Shown here: in pieces, positions 1 through 12,004 of the stretch
Position numbering within the stretch: position 1 is the first letter of the stretch
Layout: every line of letters starts with the position of its first letter
Assembly (NCBI RefSeq): GCF_001194135.2
Contig: NC_068984.1
Span: forward strand, 119,947,109 to 120,011,108
DNA: 64,000 nt
Source of the DNA: Octopus bimaculoides
Taxonomy: Eukaryota
Direction: 5' to 3'
Notes under the pieces: model-generated
Told to the model about the DNA's origin: nothing
The model's database searches: none
Seen by the model: the letters and a program-made list of their open reading frames with translations, nothing else
Translations under genes and position numbers: made by a program

Positions 1-79
1 AGAAAATCTGCCTTAACAAAATTCCATCCAAAACATGTGATCATGGAAAGTTTAAGCAGAATGTTAGTGACATCAAATC

Positions 80-400
80 TCACTGATTTTGGAGGGTCTG
101 ATTTTGGAGGGATTTTTGATGTCTCTTATTAAAGATCATTAATACCAAGAGTTGATTGGTGGCAATGTTGCAGTATGGGGAAGCATGTATTAGGTGGCGC
201 CATTTGCAGCAACATTTTATGATTGCACAGGCTTCACTCTCAAGGATGGATTGGTGTTTTTCTGTTTGTGAAAGGGACCTTGAATAGAAGGCCACTGGTC
301 TTCTTTATTGTGATAGCGTCCCTCCCAAGGCTAGGTTGGAAGCATCTGTTTTGATGGTAAGTGGTATTCCAGGTTGAGATGAGGACGAATTATCAAGACC
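80..400 (-). mobile_element. Ty3/Gypsy LTR-retrotransposon pol relic (RNase H domain)
   Basis: Minus strand reads PLTIKTDASNLALGGTLSQ*RRPVAFYSRSLSQTEKHQSILESEACAIIKCCCKWRHL. This matches the Gypsy RNase H pattern (TDAS...G..LSQ...PVAF.SR.L...E..YS..EKEA.AI....KWRH), with an in-frame stop. Confidence 0.8.
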
Positions 401-471
401 CCATTTTATCTAAAGGACTATATATTTTGAGCGCACCTTGACTAACTTTTTACTCAGCAGGGAAGACTGTT

Positions 472-932
472 TGTTATGAATTATAATACCCTATCATACA
501 ATAGTAAATAATAGATAAAAATATAGATATTTTATTTTATATTGAGTACAAAAATGCAGCATAGTGTCAAATGACATTCATAGATGGACACTGCCTTTAC
601 CCAATATAAAATAATGCACCTTAATCATTAGACAGCCATGATTAATGGATTAGACGGTGAGCAGAATAAAGTTTGAATAAAATATATCATAAACCAATTC
701 AAAGAAGGTTTTTGTTCAAACTTTATTCTGCTTGCTATCTAATCTGTTAATCATGGCTGTCCAATGATTAAAATGCCTTGTTTTATATTAGGTAAATACA
801 ATATCCATACATCAACGTCATCCAACACTCTGCTACATTTTCGTACTCAATACAAACTAAGATATCTATATTTTCATCTATTATTTACTATTGTAGAAAG
901 GAATTAATGATAGAGTATTATAATTCATAACA
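472..932. repeat. ~460-bp fold-back (long inverted repeat) element, MITE-like
   Basis: Arms pair along their length, e.g. gttatgaattataatac(473) / gtattataattcataac(931), ttgagtacaaaaatgcagc / gctacattttcgtactcaa and ttaatcattagacagccatgattaa / ttaatcatggctgtccaatgattaa. Short central spacer at about 685-712. Confidence 0.85.
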
Positions 933-1019
933 GTGTGAGAGGCTAGATCTTGCCGTTTGAAAATAAACCCAGTGAATAATTTAAGTTGGAAACGGCCAGT
1001 TTAAATGCTAAAGTGTTAA
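933..1019 (+). mobile_element. 3' end of a TTAA-bounded (piggyBac-type) MITE
   Basis: Ends ...ggccagtttaaatgctaaagtgttaa, similar to the end of the copy at 57886-58089. Confidence 0.55.
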
Positions 1020-1364
1020 GCCTGATGAGTGTTTTGTTCAGCCACATTCTAGAAAGAACTTTGTCAAAATACTTCCTGTTTACATTATGCGTTTATTTAA
1101 TTGTGGAGTTTTGAGTGAATTTCTTTGGGTTTGTTTTCCTTCTTTTAATTTCTGACTATAATTGCAGTTAATACCTCAGTCAGTGAGTTAGAATTGGTGA
1201 TATTATCATATTATTTAGCAATAGTTTATTTATTTTCATTTGGTAATGATTTAATTAGAAAAAGAGAGCTTCGATTTAAAGAAAATAGTCAGTGATATTT
1301 CAGTGCCATCTGTACACACCAGTGTCCTAAGTGATTCTGATTAGAATTTATATGAAAGTAGACT

Positions 1365-1700
1365 GATCACATGGTTAATCAGGACATAGATGCTTTCATC
1401 ACTGATGTGGGTCTTACAAAATCACTGATCTAAGAAGCAAAACCCACTGAATATTGTTTTCAAGTTTTACTTTAAGAAATGTTTGTCACGATGAACAGTG
1501 TGACCATAAGGTGTGCGTGTCAACAGGACAACACCATGTTTTTTATATAGATGGAAGAAATGCTGGCATACCACAGAATGCTTTTTCTAATGGGAGTTAT
1601 ACAGTTTCCAAGTTACGAAGTGTATCGGAACAAGAATTCAGCTCTGAAATAGGAAATTGATGTCCAGGAATTCATACCTTACAAATGTGTGTGAAAATAA
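1365..1700 (+). pseudogene. Degenerate piggyBac-like (PGBD/DDE_Tnp_1_7) transposase fragment
   Basis: One frame with stops reads EAKPTEYCFQVLL*EMFVTMNSVTIRCACQQ...MEEMLAYHRMLFLMGVIQFPSYEVYRNKNSALK. This resembles the piggyBac motif P..YF..F..EM....T..YA.Q ... EEM.AF.G.L.LMG....PSY..YW. Confidence 0.5.
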
Positions 1701-1849
1701 CTATGTAAATACTGACTTAGCTATTATTCAGCCTACCTGGGTAGATGAATGTGACATGTCTACTGGTGAAAATCAACAGTAGAGGTCAAAATTACATTCA
1801 AAATAATCAGCAACAATTTATATTTATGTGTGTGTGTATGTGTGTGTGT

Positions 1850-2056
1850 GTTTGTGTGTTCCTCAAGCATCACTTGACAACCAATATTGGCGTGTTTATG
1901 TCCCTGTAGCTTAGCAGTTTGGCAAACGAGACTGATAGAATAAGTACTAGGCTTACAAAGAATAATTCCTGGGGTCGATTTGTTCAACTAAAATTCTTTA
2001 AAGCAGTGTTCCGGCATGGCCACAGTCAAATGACTGAAACAAGTAAAAGATTAAAA
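1850..2056 (+). mobile_element. SINE family B, 3' half
   Basis: cacttgacaacc...ataagtactaggcttacaaagaataa...cagtcaaatgactgaaacaagtaaaaga, shared with full copies at 9174, 22881 and 32781. Confidence 0.8.
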
Positions 2057-3639
2057 GGATCTTTACATACTATCATTAAGTTTCATCTAAATGTATGCAA
2101 TAGTTGTATTTTTATACTTTATACACTTGACAGGCAGCTTTTCGTCAAAATCTCTAGTTTCTGACAAGATTGTATTCTAACAGAATTTTAAAAGTTGATA
2201 TTTTATTTTCAATTCAAGAGCCTTAATAAAGATTTTTGGTTGATGTAAATTTTATGTCTTTGTGCCTCTCTTACAAGATAAAAACTTAAATATATCACTA
2301 AGTTTTCAAGAAACTTGTTAATTTTTTTAGCTTCTCATCACTAAGAGACTACAGTATTGGTCATTAAGTGAATTTTAGGGCGGTTGAGGCAGATAAAACG
2401 TATCCTATATTTATAAATAGAAATTTCGTTTATTATTTCCTTGACTTGATATTCTGTGGCATGTCATTATGTTGGTCTGTTGGGGTGACAAAGACCACCA
2501 ATTCATTTTTAAGGATGATTCATGACATGCACAGTGACTTTGCTTAAAGTGAAGTAGCATTGCATATAATCATTCACATCCTCTCATCCATGATCATCTT
2601 CAATCCAGTGACAAGACCAGGTCAAGACAAATGGGAATGGAGACGGATGCAGTGGATGACCAAGATGTCTTATTTGCCCCATCTTGTTCTCTACACTCCT
2701 TATAGCATTGCTGCAGCTGCCTTTCACTCTATTGACCCATAAACTCTTTTACAGAGTCAGCAAGATCCAGTTTTCACATGCATAGGTAGGCAAGCCCTAA
2801 TGTACAATTTAACCCATAACTGGAACCCTGATAAGTACTTTGTGTCCAGCTCAGAGTAGACCTGGAAGCAACAGTGCTAAAGAGATGGTTCCATACCCCT
2901 CAAAACCCAGGGTATGACTTTATTTAAACTGTATTCGGTAGTAGAAGCTTGGTTTGAAGGTTCCGGGGCTTTGAGGAGTATGGAAGCACCTCTTAACCAC
3001 TACTGAATAAAATAAATAAATAAATTTCAAAAAGGCAACAGGAAGTTTAATCGGAAGAATTACTGTCACAGCAAGAGTAACAGTAGTCTAAACCAAAGAG
3101 AGTCTCTGAATATCTCAGTTTAAGAAGAAAGTTGAATTACAATATATTTTTGGCAAGTTACCATTTATCTTATCGAGCTAGTAATATAATAATCTCCATT
3201 TTTAGATGCAAGCAATAAACAAGATAAAACCTGTTGTTACAATAAAAGATGGACAGTGCATCAATTTACTCTCATGTGTTACTTCTTTTTACTGTTGCAA
3301 AAAAAAAAAAAAAGAAAAAGATAAATTCTTATATATAGTTATTTTGAAATTAGGAAAATATTGATAAAAATAAATGTTCTTATATGATACATTGGTATTG
3401 AAGCATGGGACAACATTTATTTTATTCACCATTTTGGACATTAAATGCTGGAAATAAATTAAGAAATTAATATGTGCTTGTAGGTTTGGGTAAATTTCTG
3501 TTGAACGTTTAACTCTGAATCATTCCCCCACCCCAGAGGTGATGGAGAACAGAGAAATGTAGAGAGGAAACTGTCTTCTTCCGTGAGTGAAATTCAAAAG
3601 ACAGAAACGTGTGTGTGTGTATCTGGTGCTAAATGAAGT

Positions 3640-3900
3640 GAAAGATTAAGAATTAATTTTTTCACCCTAGGATTTGAACCCAGAATGCTAAGATATGGAG
3701 TAAATACTGCAAGGCATCCAGTCTGACATTTTTACTGTTCTGCCACTCCACCATCCTACTCTGGATTTGTACATTTTTTTTTATTACCAATCCTGAAAAA
3801 ATAAAAAGAATAAAAGACTAAGTTGGCCTCGGTTTGATTGGAACTCAACGTACAGAAATTCAGAACAAATACTGCAAGGCATTCTAGTCGATGCTCCACA
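3640..3900 (-). mobile_element. Two degenerate SINE family A fragments
   Basis: ggatttgaacccagaatgc...aaatactgcaaggcat motif occurs twice; it is the reverse complement of the family A head. Confidence 0.5.
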
Positions 3901-4482
3901 CAGCCCCTCCCCACCAATCCAGTACTTATTTCGGTCTACGACTTATTATATTGATCTATATTTATTTAGTGTTTTTACTTTTGTATTATGTAAATATTCT
4001 TGGTAGATTAATAGAAACTTCAAAATATTTTTCAACTGACAGAGATCTTGATAATTGCTAATAATGAGATAAAAGCTAGTGTCATTGTTCCATTATGTAA
4101 ATGAATTTACTGCCAAGATTTGCAAGTGTGTGAGAGGTGAGGATGTATAGCCTAGTGGTTAGGGTGTTGTATAAAAGATTGTGGTTTCAGTCTCTGGACT
4201 GGTGGTGTGTTGCGTTCTTGAGCAAAATACTTCATTCCACTTTGTTCTGCAAAACCCTTTGATATCTAACATATGGCATACTGTGCACCTGTAGTCGCAA
4301 TATGAATTTGATGAAGGGAGTGAGTTTGATGATGCCCTAGCATGGCTGCAATCTAATGACTGAATGTACAACACAAACATTTGATCACTGTAAACAAATT
4401 ATATGTGCAGGTTGTTCAGTAAGAAATTGTGGAATCAAGAGACTAAGAAGAAAAAGAAGAAAAGTTACTTGAATCATCATCA

Positions 4483-4930
4483 TCATCATTATCATCATCA
4501 TCATCATCATCTGTCATCATCTGTAGGACGGTTGAGGTTACTGTGTCTGTTTTGGCAGGGTTTTTACACTTGGATGCCCTTTCTAACACCAACGACTCTG
4601 CAGAATGGACTGAGCGCTTTTTACGTGGCACCAGCACAGGTGAGGTCAGTTTTGGCATGATTTTTACAGCTGGATGCCTTTCGAAATGCCAACCACTTTA
4701 CAGTGTGGACTGGATGCTTTTGATGTGGTACCAGCACTGGCAGAGTCACCAAGTAACTTGCAGCACAAAGAATTTTGAGAGGGCAGGGGGGATTTAAGGA
4801 GAAGATTTTGTGTCTGATGATGAAAGGTTAAAGTGTGACAGTGACAGGGAGAATATTTATGTATTTTTGTCATATGTACCATACAGTGGAACTGAACCTG
4901 GAGCCATGTAGTTGGGAAGCAAATTTCTTT
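4483..4930 (-). mobile_element. Degenerate RTE 3'-tail repeats (family C) with (CAT)n tail
   Basis: (cat)n run followed by tggatgcccttt...gcaccagcac motifs, twice. Confidence 0.55.
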
Positions 4931-5325
4931 CCGCATAGCCACCAAATAAATATCCATCTCTGAAATCGATGGAAAATCCATCATAATATGTCTTTGTTAG
5001 TATTTAAAAAAAACGTCTAAATTCTAGAAAATTATTTAGAAACCAAAAAAAAAAGTATTTTAGTAAAAAAAAAAAAAATTAATTTGTTTCAATTTGTTGA
5101 TTATATATAAATTGTTTAATGTTGTTTATTGTATCGTTTCTTTTATATATCTCTTTTGCTCTGGCTTTGTTTCTACTTCATTGAACTAACTGTCTGCAGT
5201 ATGTTATGTTGGCACTTGATATGATATGTAAGAACACTATTATCTTAAGCTGGTTATAAGAGCCAAAATTATGTTCAGAAAGAAAGAAAAATAATGAAAA
5301 TTGTTATTTTACTAAAGAAGAAGAA

Positions 5326-5358
<33 letters not shown>

Positions 5359-5795
5359 TATGTATATGTCTGTATGTATATGTCTGTATGTGTATTCTTG
5401 TATGTGTGTTTGTGTATATATATGAGCATTTGCCAAAAATTATTACTTTGTTAGCTGTCTTACTTTAGAATTACTTCCAAATTCACTGCTTATCCATCCT
5501 TCCCCCTGCTCCTGATAGAAGTGTAGACAATCAATCTAGTTTAAAGTTTGGGTGCTAGTTGAAAATTTAATTTGTAAAGATTATTTCTGAATGTCACGAT
5601 TTAAAAACAACTAAAACAAAAAAGAAAAATTTGAGTGTTTTTTTGTTTTTTTAATTGACTCACTATCTGAATACATACAAACATACTTACATATATACAT
5701 ACATAGACATGTAGATACATACTTACATACAGCATTCATTCATACATACATACATACATTCAGGCATGTGTATATGTATAATTGTATGACTCTGT

Positions 5796-5836
<41 letters not shown>

Positions 5837-5861
5837 CATACACATACATTCTTATATATAT

Positions 5862-6074
5862 GAGTGGCTGTGTGTGGTAAGTAGCTTGCTTACCAACCAC
5901 ATGGTTCTGGGTTCAGTCCTACTGTGTGGCACCTTGGGCAAGTGTGTTTATGTCCCTGTAACTTAGCAGTTCGGCAAAAGAGATCGATAGAATAAGTACT
6001 AAGCTTAGAGAGAATAAGTCCTAAAGGTGGTTCTCCTGCATGGCCGCAATCAAATGACTGAAACAAGTAAAAGA
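5862..6074 (+). mobile_element. SINE family B with internal deletion
   Basis: Head gagtggctgtgtgtggtaagtagcttgc...ttgggcaagtgt is joined directly to tail gtttatgtccctgtaacttagc...gaaacaagtaaaaga. Confidence 0.8.
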
Positions 6075-6114
6075 ATCAAAGAATACATATATACATACAC
6101 ACACATACATACAC

Positions 6115-6290
6115 ACTATAAAAGCACCCACTTACACTCTTGGAGTGGTTGGCATTGGGAAGAGCATCTGGCTGTAGAAACCAAATCAAACTGGAACCTG
6201 GTGCAGCTCTCTGGCTTGCCAGTTTCAGTCAAACTGTTTAACCCATGCCAGCATGGAAAGCAGAAGCTAAATGATGATGATGATGATTGT
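6115..6290 (+). mobile_element. RTE 3'-tail repeat (family C)
   Basis: gcacccacttacactcttggagtggttggcatt...acccatgccagcatggaaag...(gat)n. Confidence 0.75.
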
Positions 6291-6677
6291 GAAGCTGTGA
6301 GACTGTATATTTCCAATCTTCCATGAAAGACATGCCAAGTCATGGGGGAAATATTACCTTATGCATACATAGGTTGGACAGAGTTTATTGATGCAGATTT
6401 TTCTGAGACTGGATATCCTTCCAGCTGCCTTCCCTCATCCATTTCCAAATGAGGTAATGTTTCTCCATGGCCAGAAATGTTTTTGCAGAATATTAGAAAT
6501 GCATTGACGTTGCTTGTATAATGGTGACACTCAGTTACAACAATCACACATTATCAAAACAAGAAAACACAAACATACATACACTCACACCCCATATATA
6601 TTAATATGATGAAACTAATACTGAGACGCTTCCGAAAAAAGAAAAGCCATTGAAAAACAGATTATAGCAGCGACTCC

Positions 6678-6732
6678 ATCTAAGAATATCTGAAGAAGGA
6701 ATTGTATTCCGAAATATCATCGGACTATAGAT
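6678..6732 (+). ncRNA. Penelope-type minimal hammerhead ribozyme-like motif (decayed)
   Basis: CTGAAGA-A-GGAAT-tgt-ATTCC-GAAA-t-ATC, with a perfect 5-bp stem II and distal atcta/tagat complementarity. Confidence 0.55.
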
Positions 6733-7607
6733 AACTAAATTACAACGGGTATATAGTCCATTCTTTACAAACAATACACAGTGTTTCAAACGAACTACAA
6801 TACTCTCCTATCAATATGGGTTTCTTTCAGTTTATACTGCCAAATCGACTTACAAGGCTTTCTTCTGCCTGAGGCTGTAGTAGAAGATGCTTGCTCAAGG
6901 TGCTGTGCAGTGAAACTGAACCCAGAATCATGTGTTTATAAAACAAATTTCTTAACCATACACAAATAGATAAGTAAATAGACAGTTAGGTCAATAGAAA
7001 GATTGGCAGATGGATAGAAAGATAGATTGGTGCATTTACATTCATTATTTTGAATTCTTTATTGTAAAGGATCTGACCATGTTCCTTTGAACAGGTATAT
7101 TTATGTATTTATATCACCATGTCAACATACTTGGTTTAACATCCACTTTTTCATACACACATAGGTTGGATGAAATTTATTGAGGCAAATTTTCTGTATC
7201 CAGATGCATTTCTTTAACTGTTTCCAAGTAATGTAATATTTCCCCATGACCAAACATGAAGATTCACTTGCATGACAGTGATACTCTTTTACAACTATCT
7301 CACAAGTCAAGGCAAGGAGACAATAACACACGCACACACTCACACACATATTTATATATACATACATACATATACATACACACACACACACATATACATG
7401 AATAAATAGATAGATAAATGCTAAAATTTGGAATTAACAGCATTTCTATGATTTATTTATATAAGCTCTATGGATACAATGGAATTCATGATGTATATCC
7501 AGTAACAGGAGCATTTCCACTGTATGATGACATCAGGTAGCCAGTAACTGTGGATGAGCTTTTTATAGCATCCTACAAGATTTTTACATTTACATATATT
7601 CTTTTAC

Positions 7608-7760
7608 ATGTTTCAGTCATTTGACTGTGGCCATGCTGGAGTGCTGCCTTAAAGGCTTTTAGGTGAAGGAATTGACGCCAGAACTTATTCTTTGTAAGCC
7701 TAGTACTTGTTCTGTTGGTTTCTTTTTCTGAACTGCTAAGTTACGGGGACATTATCACAT
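7608..7760 (-). mobile_element. SINE family B 3' half
   Basis: ttcagtcatttgactgtggccatgctggag...agaacttattctttgtaagcctagtactt is the reverse complement of the family B tail. Confidence 0.75.
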
Positions 7761-7858
7761 CAATATGCGGCTAAAAATCTAAATAAAATAAAGTATCAGT
7801 CGACTAAAAAAATTTTCTTACTCATCTCAAACATTGTATATATATATATATATATATA

Positions 7859-8095
7859 GGGAGAATTCACAAAAAAACAAAAGACGAAGACAGGTGGTGT
7901 AGAAAACAAACAGGTGTATTAGTATAACGCTCGGGAATTGAAAAAGTNNNNNNNNNNCAAACAGGTGTATTAGTATAACGCTCGGGAATTGAAAAAGTCT
8001 TTAATGTTTCGAGCCTACGCTCTTCCACAGAAAGGAACACAGAAAGAAACAAGGAGAGAAAAAAAAAAAATGTGTGTAGAGGTTAACAATCTATC
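7859..8095 (-). mobile_element. Penelope-like element-derived repeat (short terminal-repeat family)
   Basis: Homologous to 20228-20400 (ggagaat...gacaggtggtgta...gtattagtat.acgctcgggaa...gtttcgagc.tacgctcttc.acagaaag). Contains a hammerhead-like motif. Confidence 0.6.
7999..8034 (-). ncRNA. Hammerhead-like motif with non-canonical core
   Basis: Minus strand: cttt-CTGTGGAA-GAGC-gtag-GCTC-GAAAC-ATT-aaag. Stems I and II pair. Confidence 0.5.
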
Positions 8096-8420
8096 ATGCC
8101 GATCTACCAAATCCACTCACAAGGCTTTGGTTGGCCCATGGCTATAGTAGATGACACTTGCCCAATGTGTCACACAGTGGGACTGAACCCAGAACCCAGA
8201 ACCATGTTGGGAAGCAAGCTTCTTATCACACAACCATGCCTGCACCTATATATGACAGGCTTCTTGCAGTTTCTGTCTACCAAGCAGTTCACTGACAAGA
8301 CTTTCTACTTGGAAATATAATAGAAGACACTTACACAAAGTACCATTCAGTGAGATTGAACTGAGAACCACATGACAGGGAAGCAAACATCTTACCACAT
8401 AACAATGTAATGTATTTATG
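8095..8420 (-). mobile_element. Two SINE family B 5' halves
   Basis: ctaccaaatccactcacaaggctttgg...gacacttgccc...gggactgaaccc...aagcttctta is present twice. Confidence 0.7.
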
Positions 8421-9114
8421 TTTAAACAAATTTCTGTCAGCTTTGACAATGATCATTCCAGTTTTTCAATCAACTAAACTGCCTACTTACTGAATCATAA
8501 TATAAGTGGCTGAATATTCCACAGACATTGGTACCGTTAATGTGGTTAAAAGATGGGATCAGCATGACACAAAGTGACAAGGTTGGACTCTTTGTATTAC
8601 ATATATATATATATAACAACTTATGGGGTTCTGTGTTATCCATTTATCCAATTTTACTGACTGGGCTTAGGCGAGTTGATTTGGGGCTGTGATAATAGAC
8701 AATAGCCTATGAAGTTCTAGGTTCATTCCCACTGTGTGGCATTGAACCTGGGAGCTCATGATTGCAAAGCAAACTTATAGATCTCTTGAGCATGCCCGTG
8801 TCCTTTAATGTGTGCGTGGGTGCATGTGTTGTGTTTATNNNNNNNNNNNNNNNNNNNNNNNAAACATATACATATAGAGGACACTGCTTGGATTGTAACC
8901 TTGTCTACTTACTATGTATACGTATACATCTTTATGTGTGGATGTATATATAACTCTGAATATGTGTGAGTGCAATAATGTAAAATATGGCACAGTGGAA
9001 TGACAGAGAAATTTTCGGGGAGAACAGATACGCACATCCACACACACACAATTACACACTGAAATGTGTCTATATATGTAAGTTGATTGATAGATATGCA
9101 TTTGTGTGTGTGTG

Positions 9115-9158
<44 letters not shown>

Positions 9159-9173
9159 AAATATATAGGTACA

Positions 9174-9328
9174 GGAGTGACTGTGTAGTAAGCAGTTGCT
9201 TACCAGCCACATGGCTCTGGTTTCAATCCCACTGCATGGCATCTTGGGCAAGTGTCTTCTACTATAGCCTCGGGACAACCAAAGTTTTGTGAGTGAATTT
9301 GGTAGATGGAAACTGAAAGAAGCCTGTC

Positions 9329-9366
<38 letters not shown>

Positions 9367-9554
9367 TTGTCCCTCCACCATCTCTTGACAACCAATGTTG
9401 GTGTGTTTACATCCCCGTAACTTAGCGGTTCAACAAAAAGACTGATAGAGTAAGTACTAGGCTCACAAACAATAAGTCCTGGAGTTGATCTGTTTGACTA
9501 AAGGCAGTGCTCCAGCTTGACCACAGTCAAATGACTGAAACAAATAGAAGAATA
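9174..9554 (+). mobile_element. Full-length SINE family B (tRNA-like head, internal (TA)n)
   Basis: ggagtgactgtgtagtaagcagttgc head, ttcaatccc B-box-like motif, internal (ta)n, tail cagtcaaatgactgaaac. Confidence 0.85.
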
Positions 9555-9604
9555 TGTTTGTATGCATGTATGCATGCATGCATCTATGTATGTATGTATG
9601 TATG

Positions 9605-9655
<51 letters not shown>

Positions 9656-10396
9656 ATATATATATTTATATTAAAATATATTTTATTATATGTATTTATT
9701 TTCTCTTAGTTAATAATTAACTCGGACAAAATAAATTGGTTAATAGATACCAGGGTAGCAAAGATCACAAAATGACTGTGGTGTAACTCCTGTTACACAC
9801 ACACACGCACGCACGCATGCACACACGCATGCACACACGCACGCACGCACGCACACACGCACGCACGCACAAATAGATAGATAAATGTTAATGTACCCAC
9901 TCATTTTGCATTCATACTCAAACATGCATATATGTAAACACAAAGAACATAATGTTTCATATAAGGCCCCTTGAAAGTATTTATAAAAACAAAAAACAAA
10001 GAGTAAAGAAATAATAAAAGTCAAAAGACATTAATGCAAAAATTCTAGGGAAAAATAACAAAAAAAAACAACTGAATACTGGATACTGCGTAATAGAAAA
10101 ACTAATTCATTTTAAAATGGATATACACTGCTGAAGTACACATATACCCACGCAAACGTACATACACAGAAATACCCTTGTACACATATATCGCTCCATA
10201 CATACATACATTTACATAGACACATCTTCCCACATAGCTCTTATTGATTGATCATTACGTAAGAATAAGCTAATACTTCCTGTCTAGCTACTGTAGGTTG
10301 AAATCTCTGTCTTGTGCTACTAGCAACTTTTGTTCACACAATATATGATATATTGACACAGTGAAGGGAATTATCTATCTCTTTATAATAAATTCA

Positions 10397-10397
<1 letters not shown>

Positions 10398-10446
<49 letters not shown>

Positions 10447-10496
10447 GTTATTGTTATTGTTATTATTATTATTATTAATATTATTATCATCATCAT
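10398..10496. repeat. (ATT)n microsatellite
   Basis: Direct reading of the sequence. Confidence 0.95.
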
Positions 10497-11175
<679 letters not shown>

Positions 11176-11359
11176 TATTATTATTATTATTACAATTATT
11201 ATTATTTTGGGTGGTGAGCTTGCTGAATCATTAGAGCATCTGAGAAAATGTCTTGCAGTATTTCAGCTTTTTACATTCACTTTTCTTTGATATACACCGA
11301 TAATAAAAGTTGAAGTGGTGTAAAAACTAAAACTGTCACACTGTCAGTTTTGATGATGA

Positions 11360-11660
11360 GGGTTTCAGTTGATTCAATCAACGGAACAGCCTGCTCTTGA
11401 AATTAACATGCTAGTGATTGAGCACTCCACAGACACATGTACCCTTAACATAGTTCTCAGGGAGATTCAGCGTGATACAGAGTGTGACAAGGCTGGCCCT
11501 CTGAAGTACACGTACTATTCATTTTTGCCAGCTGAGTGGACTGGAGCAATCTGAAAAAAAGTGTCTTGTTTAAGAACACAGCGCTTTGCTGGGAAATGAA
11601 CTCATGAGCTTACGATTGTGAGCCGAATACCCTGACTACTAAGTCATGTGCCTTCACTTG
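11360..11660 (-). mobile_element. SINE family D (tRNA head plus CORE/Meta-like central domain)
   Basis: Reverse complement of the copy at 49030-49312 (gcactccacagacac.tgtacc...gctgagtggactggagcaa...gtgtcttg). Confidence 0.8.
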
Positions 11661-12004
11661 AAGTGGTGTAGACTGCCACTAAGCACAATAAAGACTGACA
11701 TACCTAGTTTTGTATTCCACTGAGGACCCTGACACAAACATAAATCTCCATCTCCTATCAAAGCATAATGTAACAGTTTGCACCAGTTCATTTTTTAATC
11801 CAGTCCAGTTCTGGTTAATGTACAGACTGTCTCTAATTTACCAAATCTATGTCTGTTTTGTTTTATACTAGTTGATTGGCTGAGATTAGAATTATGAAAT
11901 TGTAAAAGTGTACTATTAAATTATATCTAAAAATAGCAATAAAATTAAATATATTGATAAAACTGTTTGAAACTCAATGTGAATTCAGAGGGGAACAAAT
12001 ATTG

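Noticed and set aside
7908-7997. 40-bp direct duplication around a 10-N gap
   Set aside because: Identical sequence on both sides of a minimal gap indicates overlapping contig ends (assembly artefact).
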